Source of the DNA: Oligoflexales bacterium
GTDB taxonomy: Bacteria > Bdellovibrionota_B > Oligoflexia > Oligoflexales > Bog-1112
Reading direction: 5' to 3'
Length of the DNA: 19,856 bases
Assembly (NCBI GenBank): GCA_045105515.1
Contig: JBGCDR010000257.1
Span: forward strand, 1-19,856
Shown here: piece by piece, positions 7,689 through 14,913 of the stretch
Layout of the letters: every line of letters begins with the position of its first letter
Numbering within the stretch: the stretch's first letter is position 1
Position numbers and translations under genes: made by a program
Notes under the pieces: generated by a model
Database searches by the model: none
Seen by the model: the letters and a program-made list of their open reading frames with translations, nothing else
Told to the model about the DNA's origin: nothing

Positions 7689-8222
7689 ATGAATGCCATG
7701 CCCCAAGTAACTATCATCCCCTATAAAAAGAGCAAACCAAAGATTGACCCAAGCGTGTTTATAGCAAGTGGCTGCGCAATTATTGGTGACGTAGAAATAG
7801 AAAGTTACTCCAGTATATGGTTCAACAGTGTTCTAAGAGGAGACGTGAACTATATTAGGGTAGGATCTTATACCAATATCCAAGATGGCAGCATTATACA
7901 TGTAGCTTCACAGAGCTTCCCTACCATAATTGGTAATCATGTGACTATCGGGCATCAAGCAGTTGTTCATGCTTGTACAGTGGAAGATCATACTCTGATC
8001 GGCATGGGCGCGAAAATTCTCGATGGGGCAAAAATTGGCTCAGAGTCTCTGGTGGCTGCCGGCTCCTTGGTACCTCCAGGTGCCGTGTATCCGGCGAAAA
8101 GTCTTATCATGGGATCTCCAGCCAAGGTAAAGAGAACTTTGAGTTCTGAAGAACTAGAGAAAATTCATAAATCTGCCCTACATTATGCCGAGCTAGCAAA
8201 AGATTATTTCGAATTTTGCTGA
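7689..8222 (+). CDS. Gamma-class carbonic anhydrase family protein (YrdA/PaaY-like, left-handed beta-helix)
   Basis: Hexapeptide repeats; IGDV...WFNSVLRGDVNYI.VG..TNIQDGSIIH and VTIGHQAVVH supply the three Zn-ligand His; GSPAK motif. Confidence 0.95.
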   Translation: MNAMPQVTIIPYKKSKPKIDPSVFIASGCAIIGDVEIESYSSIWFNSVLRGDVNYIRVGSYTNIQDGSIIHVASQSFPTIIGNHVTIGHQAVVHACTVEDHTLIGMGAKILDGAKIGSESLVAAGSLVPPGAVYPAKSLIMGSPAKVKRTLSSEELEKIHKSALHYAELAKDYFEFC

Positions 8223-8270
8223 ACGAGACAATTTTCGGTCGTAGAACCAAATTTGCTTATAAAATCTGAA

Positions 8271-8326
8271 TCATCCCGTGCTACTTGTCCACCGTAGCTT
8301 TAGCGTAAAAGTCGAAGTCGAGGGAT
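8271..8326. repeat. Degenerate REP/RPE-like palindromic element
   Basis: Nested arms ATCCC(8273-8277)/GGGAT(8322-8326) and ACTT/AAGT surround the core CTTGTCCACCGTAGCTTTAGCG. From memory this resembles dispersed CCG(C/T)CGTAGCTTTAGCGAAGG-type palindromes. Single copy in this window. Confidence 0.35.
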
Positions 8327-8346
8327 ATTATGAGCATCTACCGAGA

Positions 8347-8365
8347 CACCTTTGCTATCGAGGTG
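8347..8365. terminator. Possible hairpin between convergent gamma-CA and uvrA
   Basis: CACCT(T)...(G)AGGTG stem just past the uvrA stop. No clear U-tract. Confidence 0.25.
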
Positions 8366-8373
8366 ATCCCGTT

Positions 8374-10944
8374 TTAACAACTCCACTTCTTCAAATACTC
8401 TGATGTCTTAGAAGTTCTACTCTTAAGTAAGGCACCAATTGGACCTTCACAAACGAGCTTTCCTCCCGATTCTCCAGAGCCTGGACCTAAATCTACAATC
8501 CAATCGGCTTTAGCTATCAATTCATGACAGTGCTCGACTAAAATTATGGTACCTCCAGCTGCTACGTACTTACTTAGTGCCCTAATTAATAATTCGATAT
8601 CATTATTGTGGAGTCCGCGCGTAGGCTCATCAAGGATTAAAACATTGCCTTTTTCTAATTTCTTTCTAAAAAATGGTGCTAGTTTTAACCTCTGAGCTTC
8701 CCCACCGGAAAGACTCAAGCTAGTCTGTCCAAGTCGTAAATAAGCGAGGCCTAAATCCGCTGCAGCCTGCAAACGCTTAGTGACCTGAGGATGGTGCTTA
8801 AAAATACTTAGAGCTTCGTCGATGGTCAAGTTTAAGATATCGGCCAAAGAATAGCCCATATACTGGATGTTTAAAATTCGCGACTGATAGCGTAAACCCT
8901 GACAGCTAGAGCACTGGACGCGAGCATCTGCGAGAAATTTCATGCTTAGAGTTACTTCGCCATTCCCTTTGCACTCTTCACAGCGACCTCCCTTAACTTG
9001 CAAGGAAAAATCACGGGATCTGAGCCCCATGATTTGAGCTTCAGGTAGTTTCTCAAATATCTGGCGGATATAGGTAAATACATCTAAATAGGTAGCAGGC
9101 ATACTTGTGCGGGTTTTCGATAAAGGTTTCCTATCAATCAAGAGTATTTTATTTATATCTTCTAGCCCCAAAATTCGACGACAATAGTATTCTTTTTCTG
9201 ACAGCTGGCCTTTTAGGTCTGCATTGTCTTGTAAAAGTTTTAAGCAGGCTCTATAGAAGATCTGTTGAACAAGGGTGGTCTTGCCAGCACCAGAAACTCC
9301 AGTTACTACATTGAACCCACTCTTAAGAAACTTAAGCTCAGGTATAGACAGGTGGTACTTCTTAGCTCCAAATATCGTGATAAACCTAGCGTCATCAGCT
9401 TCAAGTAAAGCTCCTGAACCAAAATCTACAGATTTCGGTTCCATCAAATAACTAGCAGTTTTTGACTCCGCTATAAAATTGCGGGCCTGTAAAGGGGAAA
9501 ACTTGGCTACTACCGAGCCACCATGCCCCCCCCCTCCTGGGCCCATATCTATGATCCAATCAGAATTTTTAATCATAAATTCGTCATGATCCACCATCAG
9601 AATGGTATTTCCGCTTGCTTTCAAGGCAGCTAGTACCTTAAAAAGCGACTCCAGTTCTTGAGGGTGTAACCCTTGACTTGGCTCATCGAGGACATATAAA
9701 ACACCTCGCAAATGCTGTGACAAAACACCTGCTAACTTAAGCCTCTGCAGCTCTCCACCAGAAAGAGTATGAATACGCCTAGCCATATGCAGGTAGTGAA
9801 GACCAATTCCACCCAGCTGCTTTAATTTAGTTAAAATTTCTTCAACTACCCTGACAAAAGCTGGATTCTTATATAGAGATACTTTTTCCAGCTCATAACA
9901 GAAGTGCTTTAGATTTCTAAGATTAAAGTTATGCAAGTCTTGGATGCACTTTCCCTCAACGCGAATATAGCGATAAAGCTTATGAATACCAGTCCCCTCA
10001 CACTCCCTACATCTTGGATTTTCAAATGTTTCATCTAAAAGCTCATCGCAAACGATGCCCATACCATTGCATTCGGGACAACGACCCAAGGAATTTGCTG
10101 AAAAATACCTTGCGTCCAACTTAGGCCAACTATAGCGGCATTTTGGGCACCCCCCTGAAAGAGCGTAACGGCCGGTAATCGATGTTCCAAGGTTTCCCTT
10201 TTTGTCAGATTCAAAGCTTTCTACAAGCCCCTTGCTTACATCTAGAGCAGTTTCCACACTCCTTCTTAGGCGCTTCAAATTCTTAGTATCAATCCTGACA
10301 TAGTCGACAATCAATTTAATGGTATGTTTTTCTTCCTTGTTCAGTTTAGGAATAGGACTGAGGGAGGAGACTTTATTATCAAGTATTATTCGCAAAAACC
10401 CCTGTTCAGCAAGATCCTCCAACTTTTTCCTAAAATGACCTTTTTTGCCTTCAACCAGTGGTGCTACAATAGCAAGCATTTTTCCATCAAAAGAATCCAT
10501 GATACTCAGAGTAATATCATCGAGTGATTGCGCAGTTGTGGGCAAATCATGTTCCGGACAGAAACTAGCTCCGTAGTTTGCAAATAAAACTCCGAATAAT
10601 TCGGCTAAGTCACTCAAGGTTCCAACACTTGCGCGTTTCGATGGCTGAGTTTCATTCTGAGCAAGACCAATTGCAGGTGAGAGCCCATCAATATGAACCA
10701 CCTTCGGCTTCGTTCCCATATTGAGAAATTGTCGTGAATAGTGAGAGAGGGTATAGAAAAAACGCCGGTGAGCTTCTGCCAAGATCGTATCGAAAACGAG
10801 AGAGCTCTTTCCTGAACCACTCACTCCAGTTACCACCGTTATTGCATTCCGATGGATCTTGAGATCACAGTTTTGTAGATTATTTTCGTGTGCACCCTTA
10901 ATAGTGATGTGAGGTTTCCAGCTATCCAGGCTAGACTGATCCAT
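8374..10944 (-). CDS. uvrA: Excinuclease ABC subunit A (UvrA), short 856-aa form lacking the insertion domain
   Basis: GAHENNL, two Walker A motifs (GVSGSGKSS, GVSGAGKTT), two LSGGE signatures, LDEP Walker B motifs, Zn-binding CxxC/CxxH motifs and the WIVDLGPGSG motif. Confidence 0.95.
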   Translation of the reverse strand: MDQSSLDSWKPHITIKGAHENNLQNCDLKIHRNAITVVTGVSGSGKSSLVFDTILAEAHRRFFYTLSHYSRQFLNMGTKPKVVHIDGLSPAIGLAQNETQPSKRASVGTLSDLAELFGVLFANYGASFCPEHDLPTTAQSLDDITLSIMDSFDGKMLAIVAPLVEGKKGHFRKKLEDLAEQGFLRIILDNKVSSLSPIPKLNKEEKHTIKLIVDYVRIDTKNLKRLRRSVETALDVSKGLVESFESDKKGNLGTSITGRYALSGGCPKCRYSWPKLDARYFSANSLGRCPECNGMGIVCDELLDETFENPRCRECEGTGIHKLYRYIRVEGKCIQDLHNFNLRNLKHFCYELEKVSLYKNPAFVRVVEEILTKLKQLGGIGLHYLHMARRIHTLSGGELQRLKLAGVLSQHLRGVLYVLDEPSQGLHPQELESLFKVLAALKASGNTILMVDHDEFMIKNSDWIIDMGPGGGGHGGSVVAKFSPLQARNFIAESKTASYLMEPKSVDFGSGALLEADDARFITIFGAKKYHLSIPELKFLKSGFNVVTGVSGAGKTTLVQQIFYRACLKLLQDNADLKGQLSEKEYYCRRILGLEDINKILLIDRKPLSKTRTSMPATYLDVFTYIRQIFEKLPEAQIMGLRSRDFSLQVKGGRCEECKGNGEVTLSMKFLADARVQCSSCQGLRYQSRILNIQYMGYSLADILNLTIDEALSIFKHHPQVTKRLQAAADLGLAYLRLGQTSLSLSGGEAQRLKLAPFFRKKLEKGNVLILDEPTRGLHNNDIELLIRALSKYVAAGGTIILVEHCHELIAKADWIVDLGPGSGESGGKLVCEGPIGALLKSRTSKTSEYLKKWSC

Positions 10945-10948
10945 GGCT

Positions 10949-11929
10949 CTACCCTCTCAAATACTGCATACAAGTTTCCCAAGCTATTTCAAAACTACGT
11001 GAAGAAGCTTGGTTCTTAAAGACCAGATCCCGGGCTGGTCCATGATCTGGCGATACACGCAAATGTTTGAGTCCGCCTGAAATGTTTATTGCGCTGTCAA
11101 AATGAACAGTTTTTAATGGACCTAAACCTTGATCATGGTACATGGCTAAAACACCATCATAAGTTCCTTGCAAAGCCTGCCAAAAAACAGTGTCTGCAGA
11201 AACTGGACCTGTAACATTAAAAGAAGATGATGCCGCTGCCGAATCAACAGCAGGCTCTATTAGTTCCTGATCTTCATACCCTAAAAGACCCCCTTCACCA
11301 CAATGAGGATTTAGCCCACACACCGCAATTCGCGGACACACAATTCCAAAATTTTCCTCTAATGTGCGTCCAAACTTAAGAATTTTTTCGTATATTTTTG
11401 CAGAATTTAAGCTTGAACTAACTTTCGACAACGGCAGATGATTGCAAGCAAGGCCAACCTTAAGTTTGTCTCCTGCTAGAGTCATAATAGCAGACCCTTC
11501 CCAGATAAACTCAAAATATTCAGTCTGTCCTGTAAATCTAAAACCAGCTTTATTGCAAGCAAGCTTATCTATTGGGCAGGTCAGAACAGCAAGCTTGTTG
11601 TTTGGTGCAAAGTCTTCTAAAGCATCTAGAGATGCCTTGGCAATCTTGCCTGACTCGAGCAAACTGAGGGTTCGTGGATCTTGATTAATCCCGCCCACAT
11701 CAATAAAAAAGAACCCTGAATTTTTAGCATGTTCAAGGCTAGGTATTTTAATAAATTCGGGAATACTTCCCGAAAAGCCTAGACGCTCTTTTTGATAAGC
11801 CCACTGCTGATAACTTCCTATCAGAATTAAAGGAAATCCTAGCTTCTCTGACTTAAAAGTCTTCTCAAGAACCTTGCCAAATAGCTCGATGTTGACCGAA
11901 TTGGGATCACCAAGGGTGCAGACTAACAT
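10949..11929 (-). CDS. pdxA: 4-hydroxythreonine-4-phosphate dehydrogenase (PdxA family)
   Basis: TLGDP, TCPIDK, FTGQTE, NHLPL, GLNPHCGEGG, AMYHDQGLGPLK and RVSPDHG motifs. Confidence 0.93.
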   Translation of the reverse strand: MLVCTLGDPNSVNIELFGKVLEKTFKSEKLGFPLILIGSYQQWAYQKERLGFSGSIPEFIKIPSLEHAKNSGFFFIDVGGINQDPRTLSLLESGKIAKASLDALEDFAPNNKLAVLTCPIDKLACNKAGFRFTGQTEYFEFIWEGSAIMTLAGDKLKVGLACNHLPLSKVSSSLNSAKIYEKILKFGRTLEENFGIVCPRIAVCGLNPHCGEGGLLGYEDQELIEPAVDSAAASSSFNVTGPVSADTVFWQALQGTYDGVLAMYHDQGLGPLKTVHFDSAINISGGLKHLRVSPDHGPARDLVFKNQASSRSFEIAWETCMQYLRG

Positions 11930-11942
11930 GCTTTCAACCTCA

Positions 11943-12326
11943 CTATCTGTAAGCTAGTTTATAATTTCGGGTAAAAGTATGAGATATGCTTACCTTTGCT
12001 CCCTTTCCAAGTCCATTGGGTAGAATAGGCTTTTCAATCAAAACCCTAAGCAGTTGGATGCTTTCAAACCTATTCATTAAAGCATTGCCAAGGGATGCAA
12101 CAGCAGTTTCTACAAGCTTAATCTCCCTGTTTAGAAGAACTTCCTCTATCATGGCTATGATTTTTCCATAATCCAGAGAATACCCCAAATCATCATTCGT
12201 TTGCTCGAGGAAGAGGTCTCCAAGCTCAGCATCCAGGCTTACGAGGACTTCTTGGCCCATCAAACGTTCCATAGAGTAGTACCCAAGCCTCATGAACACT
12301 GGGTACTGCTGGATATGGATTTCCAT
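11943..12326 (-). CDS. folB: Dihydroneopterin aldolase (start revised to ATG 12326, MEIHI)
   Basis: LGYYSMERLMGQEVLVSL, DDL..SLDY, KLVET and catalytic IEKP motifs. GGGAG SD lies upstream of ATG 12326. Confidence 0.87.
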   Translation of the reverse strand: MEIHIQQYPVFMRLGYYSMERLMGQEVLVSLDAELGDLFLEQTNDDLGYSLDYGKIIAMIEEVLLNREIKLVETAVASLGNALMNRFESIQLLRVLIEKPILPNGLGKGAKVSISHTFTRNYKLAYR

Positions 12327-12393
12327 TTCTGTCTCCCAAAAATAGCAATAAACTGCAATATATAAGTTAAGATTCAAGAGTTTTAAAGAGAAT

Positions 12394-12412
12394 CATGGAA
12401 CCGGGTTTCATG
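12394..12412. promoter_or_regulatory. Imperfect palindrome, possible operator between divergent folB and porin
   Basis: CATGGAACC-G-GGTTTCATG: 9-bp arms with 1 mismatch. Confidence 0.3.
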
Positions 12413-12520
12413 GCATGAACAATGTAAAAGCCAATATTTGGTGAAAACCCAGAAAGACTGGGAAAAAAGTGGACTTAATTAATCTCTAAGTTAAGATGTT
12501 AAAAAAAATGGAGATTGAAA

Positions 12521-13639
12521 ATGATAGTTCACTTACGCCGGTTTCTTATTGTCTTCTTTTGTACCCTTTTTTATAACTCCCTTTCTTTTGCGACAAAATC
12601 TCGCCTGGAATCCCTCAGTCAAAATAAGATCGGATCTTTCCACCTCGATGATCAACGTAACATTTTTCTGAATCCAGGACATTTATCATATAAGTCAGGT
12701 TATACAGTTTTTGAGTGGGGCAGCAATGGTGATGCCAATAACGCCGATAATTTTGCCAATCCCAAAGCCGAAGGTGGATGGTTCAATCGCGATAAAAAAA
12801 CTTTATATGGAATTTATTTGGGAAATGAAGATGACCGTGTTGTTAGCATGCGCCGCTTAGGCAATCCTGACTTCTTAGCACCCGACAACACGCTAGACAT
12901 TTTTTATGGACAAAAGTCTTCTGGTTCCGCTTGGGGAAGCAGCGTCCACCTATCACAAAATAAATCCGACATTGCTGGAGGCATCAAAAAAAGTGAAACC
13001 ACGATGATTCTTAAAGGTGGTTTTCAAGATAAAAAGCAACAAGCATTTGCACATCTTATTTTTTTAGATCAGGCGAAAGGACAAGGGGCTAGCGAAGATG
13101 ACGAATACAAAGCAAATATTGGGTTCACCCTTGGAGGCTCATACAGTTTTGCCAAACATTACAAGGCGTACGGACTCATTGAAAGCCGATCAGCTAAATA
13201 TACTCCAGACAGCGCAGATGGAATCAAGCTTTCACAGCAAACCATTCAATTGGGAGCAGTGCGTTCATTAAAAAGAAGAAAAGAGCAACAGCTCCATTAC
13301 TTCCTCGATGCCTCTCTACTGCAAATAAGCTCCGAAATTGGGGATACAAAGACCAGTGCCCTCTTAATGCCGATTGTGATCGGAGCTGAATCAGAAGTAG
13401 AGCCATGGTTAACTTTAAGAGGGTCTGTTTTTCAAGCTGCGCTCATTAACGAGGCTAAAATCGAGCCGGGGGGTGGTGCCGATTCTACCACCAGTTCGAA
13501 TCCTAACACCACAAATGTCTCAGCTGGTATGAGCTTGGTTTATAATAAAGTAAAAATCGATGGCAGCTTCACCACAACAGGTGGGCAGTTAAATGCTGCC
13601 AATTTGATGTCACGCGTAGGAATGATTTTTGATTTCTGA
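12521..13639 (+). CDS. Outer-membrane beta-barrel porin-like protein, Bdellovibrio Bd0427/PopA-like
   Basis: Sec signal ending SFA, mature N-terminus TKSRLESL, motifs FEWG...NPKAEGG and PWLTLRGSV, alternating amphipathic strands, and C-terminal Phe (GMIFDF). GGAG SD at 12510-12513 favours ATG 12521 over TTG 12515. Confidence 0.8.
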   Translation: MIVHLRRFLIVFFCTLFYNSLSFATKSRLESLSQNKIGSFHLDDQRNIFLNPGHLSYKSGYTVFEWGSNGDANNADNFANPKAEGGWFNRDKKTLYGIYLGNEDDRVVSMRRLGNPDFLAPDNTLDIFYGQKSSGSAWGSSVHLSQNKSDIAGGIKKSETTMILKGGFQDKKQQAFAHLIFLDQAKGQGASEDDEYKANIGFTLGGSYSFAKHYKAYGLIESRSAKYTPDSADGIKLSQQTIQLGAVRSLKRRKEQQLHYFLDASLLQISSEIGDTKTSALLMPIVIGAESEVEPWLTLRGSVFQAALINEAKIEPGGGADSTTSSNPNTTNVSAGMSLVYNKVKIDGSFTTTGGQLNAANLMSRVGMIFDF

Positions 13640-13714
13640 AATTTTACGAATTTAAATCACCTTCAGGCTTTAAACTGCATTCCAAGAAATTAAATGCCAC
13701 GGATTTTCGCCATA

Positions 13715-13740
13715 TAATTTAACAGCACACTGTTAAATTA
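13715..13740. promoter_or_regulatory. Perfect 11-bp inverted repeat (operator or terminator)
   Basis: TAATTTAACAG-CACA-CTGTTAAATTA between the porin and protease genes. Confidence 0.5.
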
Positions 13741-13794
13741 AAGATTTCTTACCTATAAAGTCGTTTCCCTTTTATTTTTTTACCATAATTATAA

Positions 13795-13823
13795 TTGACC
13801 AATAGGCCAAGACCCAGTATTGT
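13795..13823 (+). promoter_or_regulatory. Putative sigma70 promoter of the serine protease
   Basis: TTGACC (13795-13800)-N17-TATTGT (13818-13823), preceded by an AT-rich UP-like tract and 55 bp upstream of ATG 13879. Confidence 0.5.
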
Positions 13824-13878
13824 TATTAACAGAATTTCCAAATTTCATTTTTTCCCATTTTTATAAGGGGGAACTACG

Positions 13879-14754
13879 ATGATGAAAGTATTTGCCATAC
13901 TAATCATGGGGTCTGTTCTTGTTCCAAGACATGGATCAGGGGAAGTCTTTCCAGAAGTTATTTACGGCGAAGACAATCGCAGAGACCTCTATGAATTGGG
14001 TTCTAGTAAATCTCAGTTGAAGAACTGGGCTCGCTCAACTGCTATCATCAGTTCTCAGTCTAAAGTTAAGGATTCATCGCTTTATGGATTCAAAAAGCTG
14101 GTAACAAAAAGCCTAGAAACAGCGCAAAATGTTTGTGCAGACGAACCCTACGCAGAGCAGCCTATAGGTGGATGGTGCACTGGGTTTCTGGTTAGAGAAG
14201 ATATCTTAGTAACTGCTGGACACTGCATAACGTCTGAAAGCCGGTGCGCAACAGCAGCCATCATATTTGACTATGGTTACGCCAAAGGCGATGAGCAATT
14301 AGAATACGCCAAAGAAGACAATATCTATTCTTGCAAAAAGATTATCTCGCAAGAATATGACTCAGGTAGAGGCTTAGATTATGCAGTTATCCAACTAGAT
14401 AGAAAAGTCAAAGGGCGCACTCCTCTCAAGCTTCGAACTAATGGTAAGGTTTCTTCTTATGCAAGCTTGACAGTGATTGGCCACCCCACAGGCCTGCCTA
14501 CTAAGGTAGCTGAAGGTGCTTTCGTAAGAGAAAATGCGAACAATTACTACTTCGTCAGTAATACGGATACTTATGGTGGAAACTCAGGATCACCAGTAAT
14601 GAATTCAAACGGATTAGTAGAAGGAGTATTGGTAAGAGGAGAAAAAGACTTTGTGCAGCGAGGTGGATGCAATGTCTCATTCAGGTGTGCAGCAAATGAA
14701 TGCCGAGGGGAAGACGTAACCAGAAGCACTACCTTCTCTCATTTGGTGTACTGA
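13879..14754 (+). CDS. Secreted trypsin-like (S1) serine protease
   Basis: Signal peptide, VIYGEDNR N-terminus, catalytic triad motifs LVTAGHC, LDYAVI and GGNSGSPV, 8 Cys. SD AAGGGGG. Confidence 0.93.
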   Translation: MMKVFAILIMGSVLVPRHGSGEVFPEVIYGEDNRRDLYELGSSKSQLKNWARSTAIISSQSKVKDSSLYGFKKLVTKSLETAQNVCADEPYAEQPIGGWCTGFLVREDILVTAGHCITSESRCATAAIIFDYGYAKGDEQLEYAKEDNIYSCKKIISQEYDSGRGLDYAVIQLDRKVKGRTPLKLRTNGKVSSYASLTVIGHPTGLPTKVAEGAFVRENANNYYFVSNTDTYGGNSGSPVMNSNGLVEGVLVRGEKDFVQRGGCNVSFRCAANECRGEDVTRSTTFSHLVY

Positions 14755-14913
14755 ACTTAGTCCCCAACTATTTCCCAACTCTTTCTCACTCAAAACAGTT
14801 GAATTCTCAGAACCCCCTCCAATTAAGCAATTCGCAAATTTTTGTTTTTTGGTGCATGGATACCACCTATAATGGAACGCGAGTCACTTGTCATGGAGAG
14901 GAGAAAAAAATTC

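Noticed and set aside
9526..9534. Homopolymer C run in uvrA (poly-G on the coding strand) as a phase-variation tract
   Set aside because: It encodes the Gly-rich MGPGGGGHGG motif conserved in UvrA, and the frame is intact.
11515..11535. PdxA has GQTE instead of the usual GHTE
   Set aside because: The three metal-ligand His motifs (NHLPL, NPH, YHD) are intact, and GQTE variants occur in other PdxA proteins as I recall. Not evidence of a new function.
12411..12426. TGGCATG...ATGTA resembling a sigma54 -24/-12 promoter upstream of the porin
   Set aside because: The conserved -12 GC is GT and the TTGC box matches poorly.
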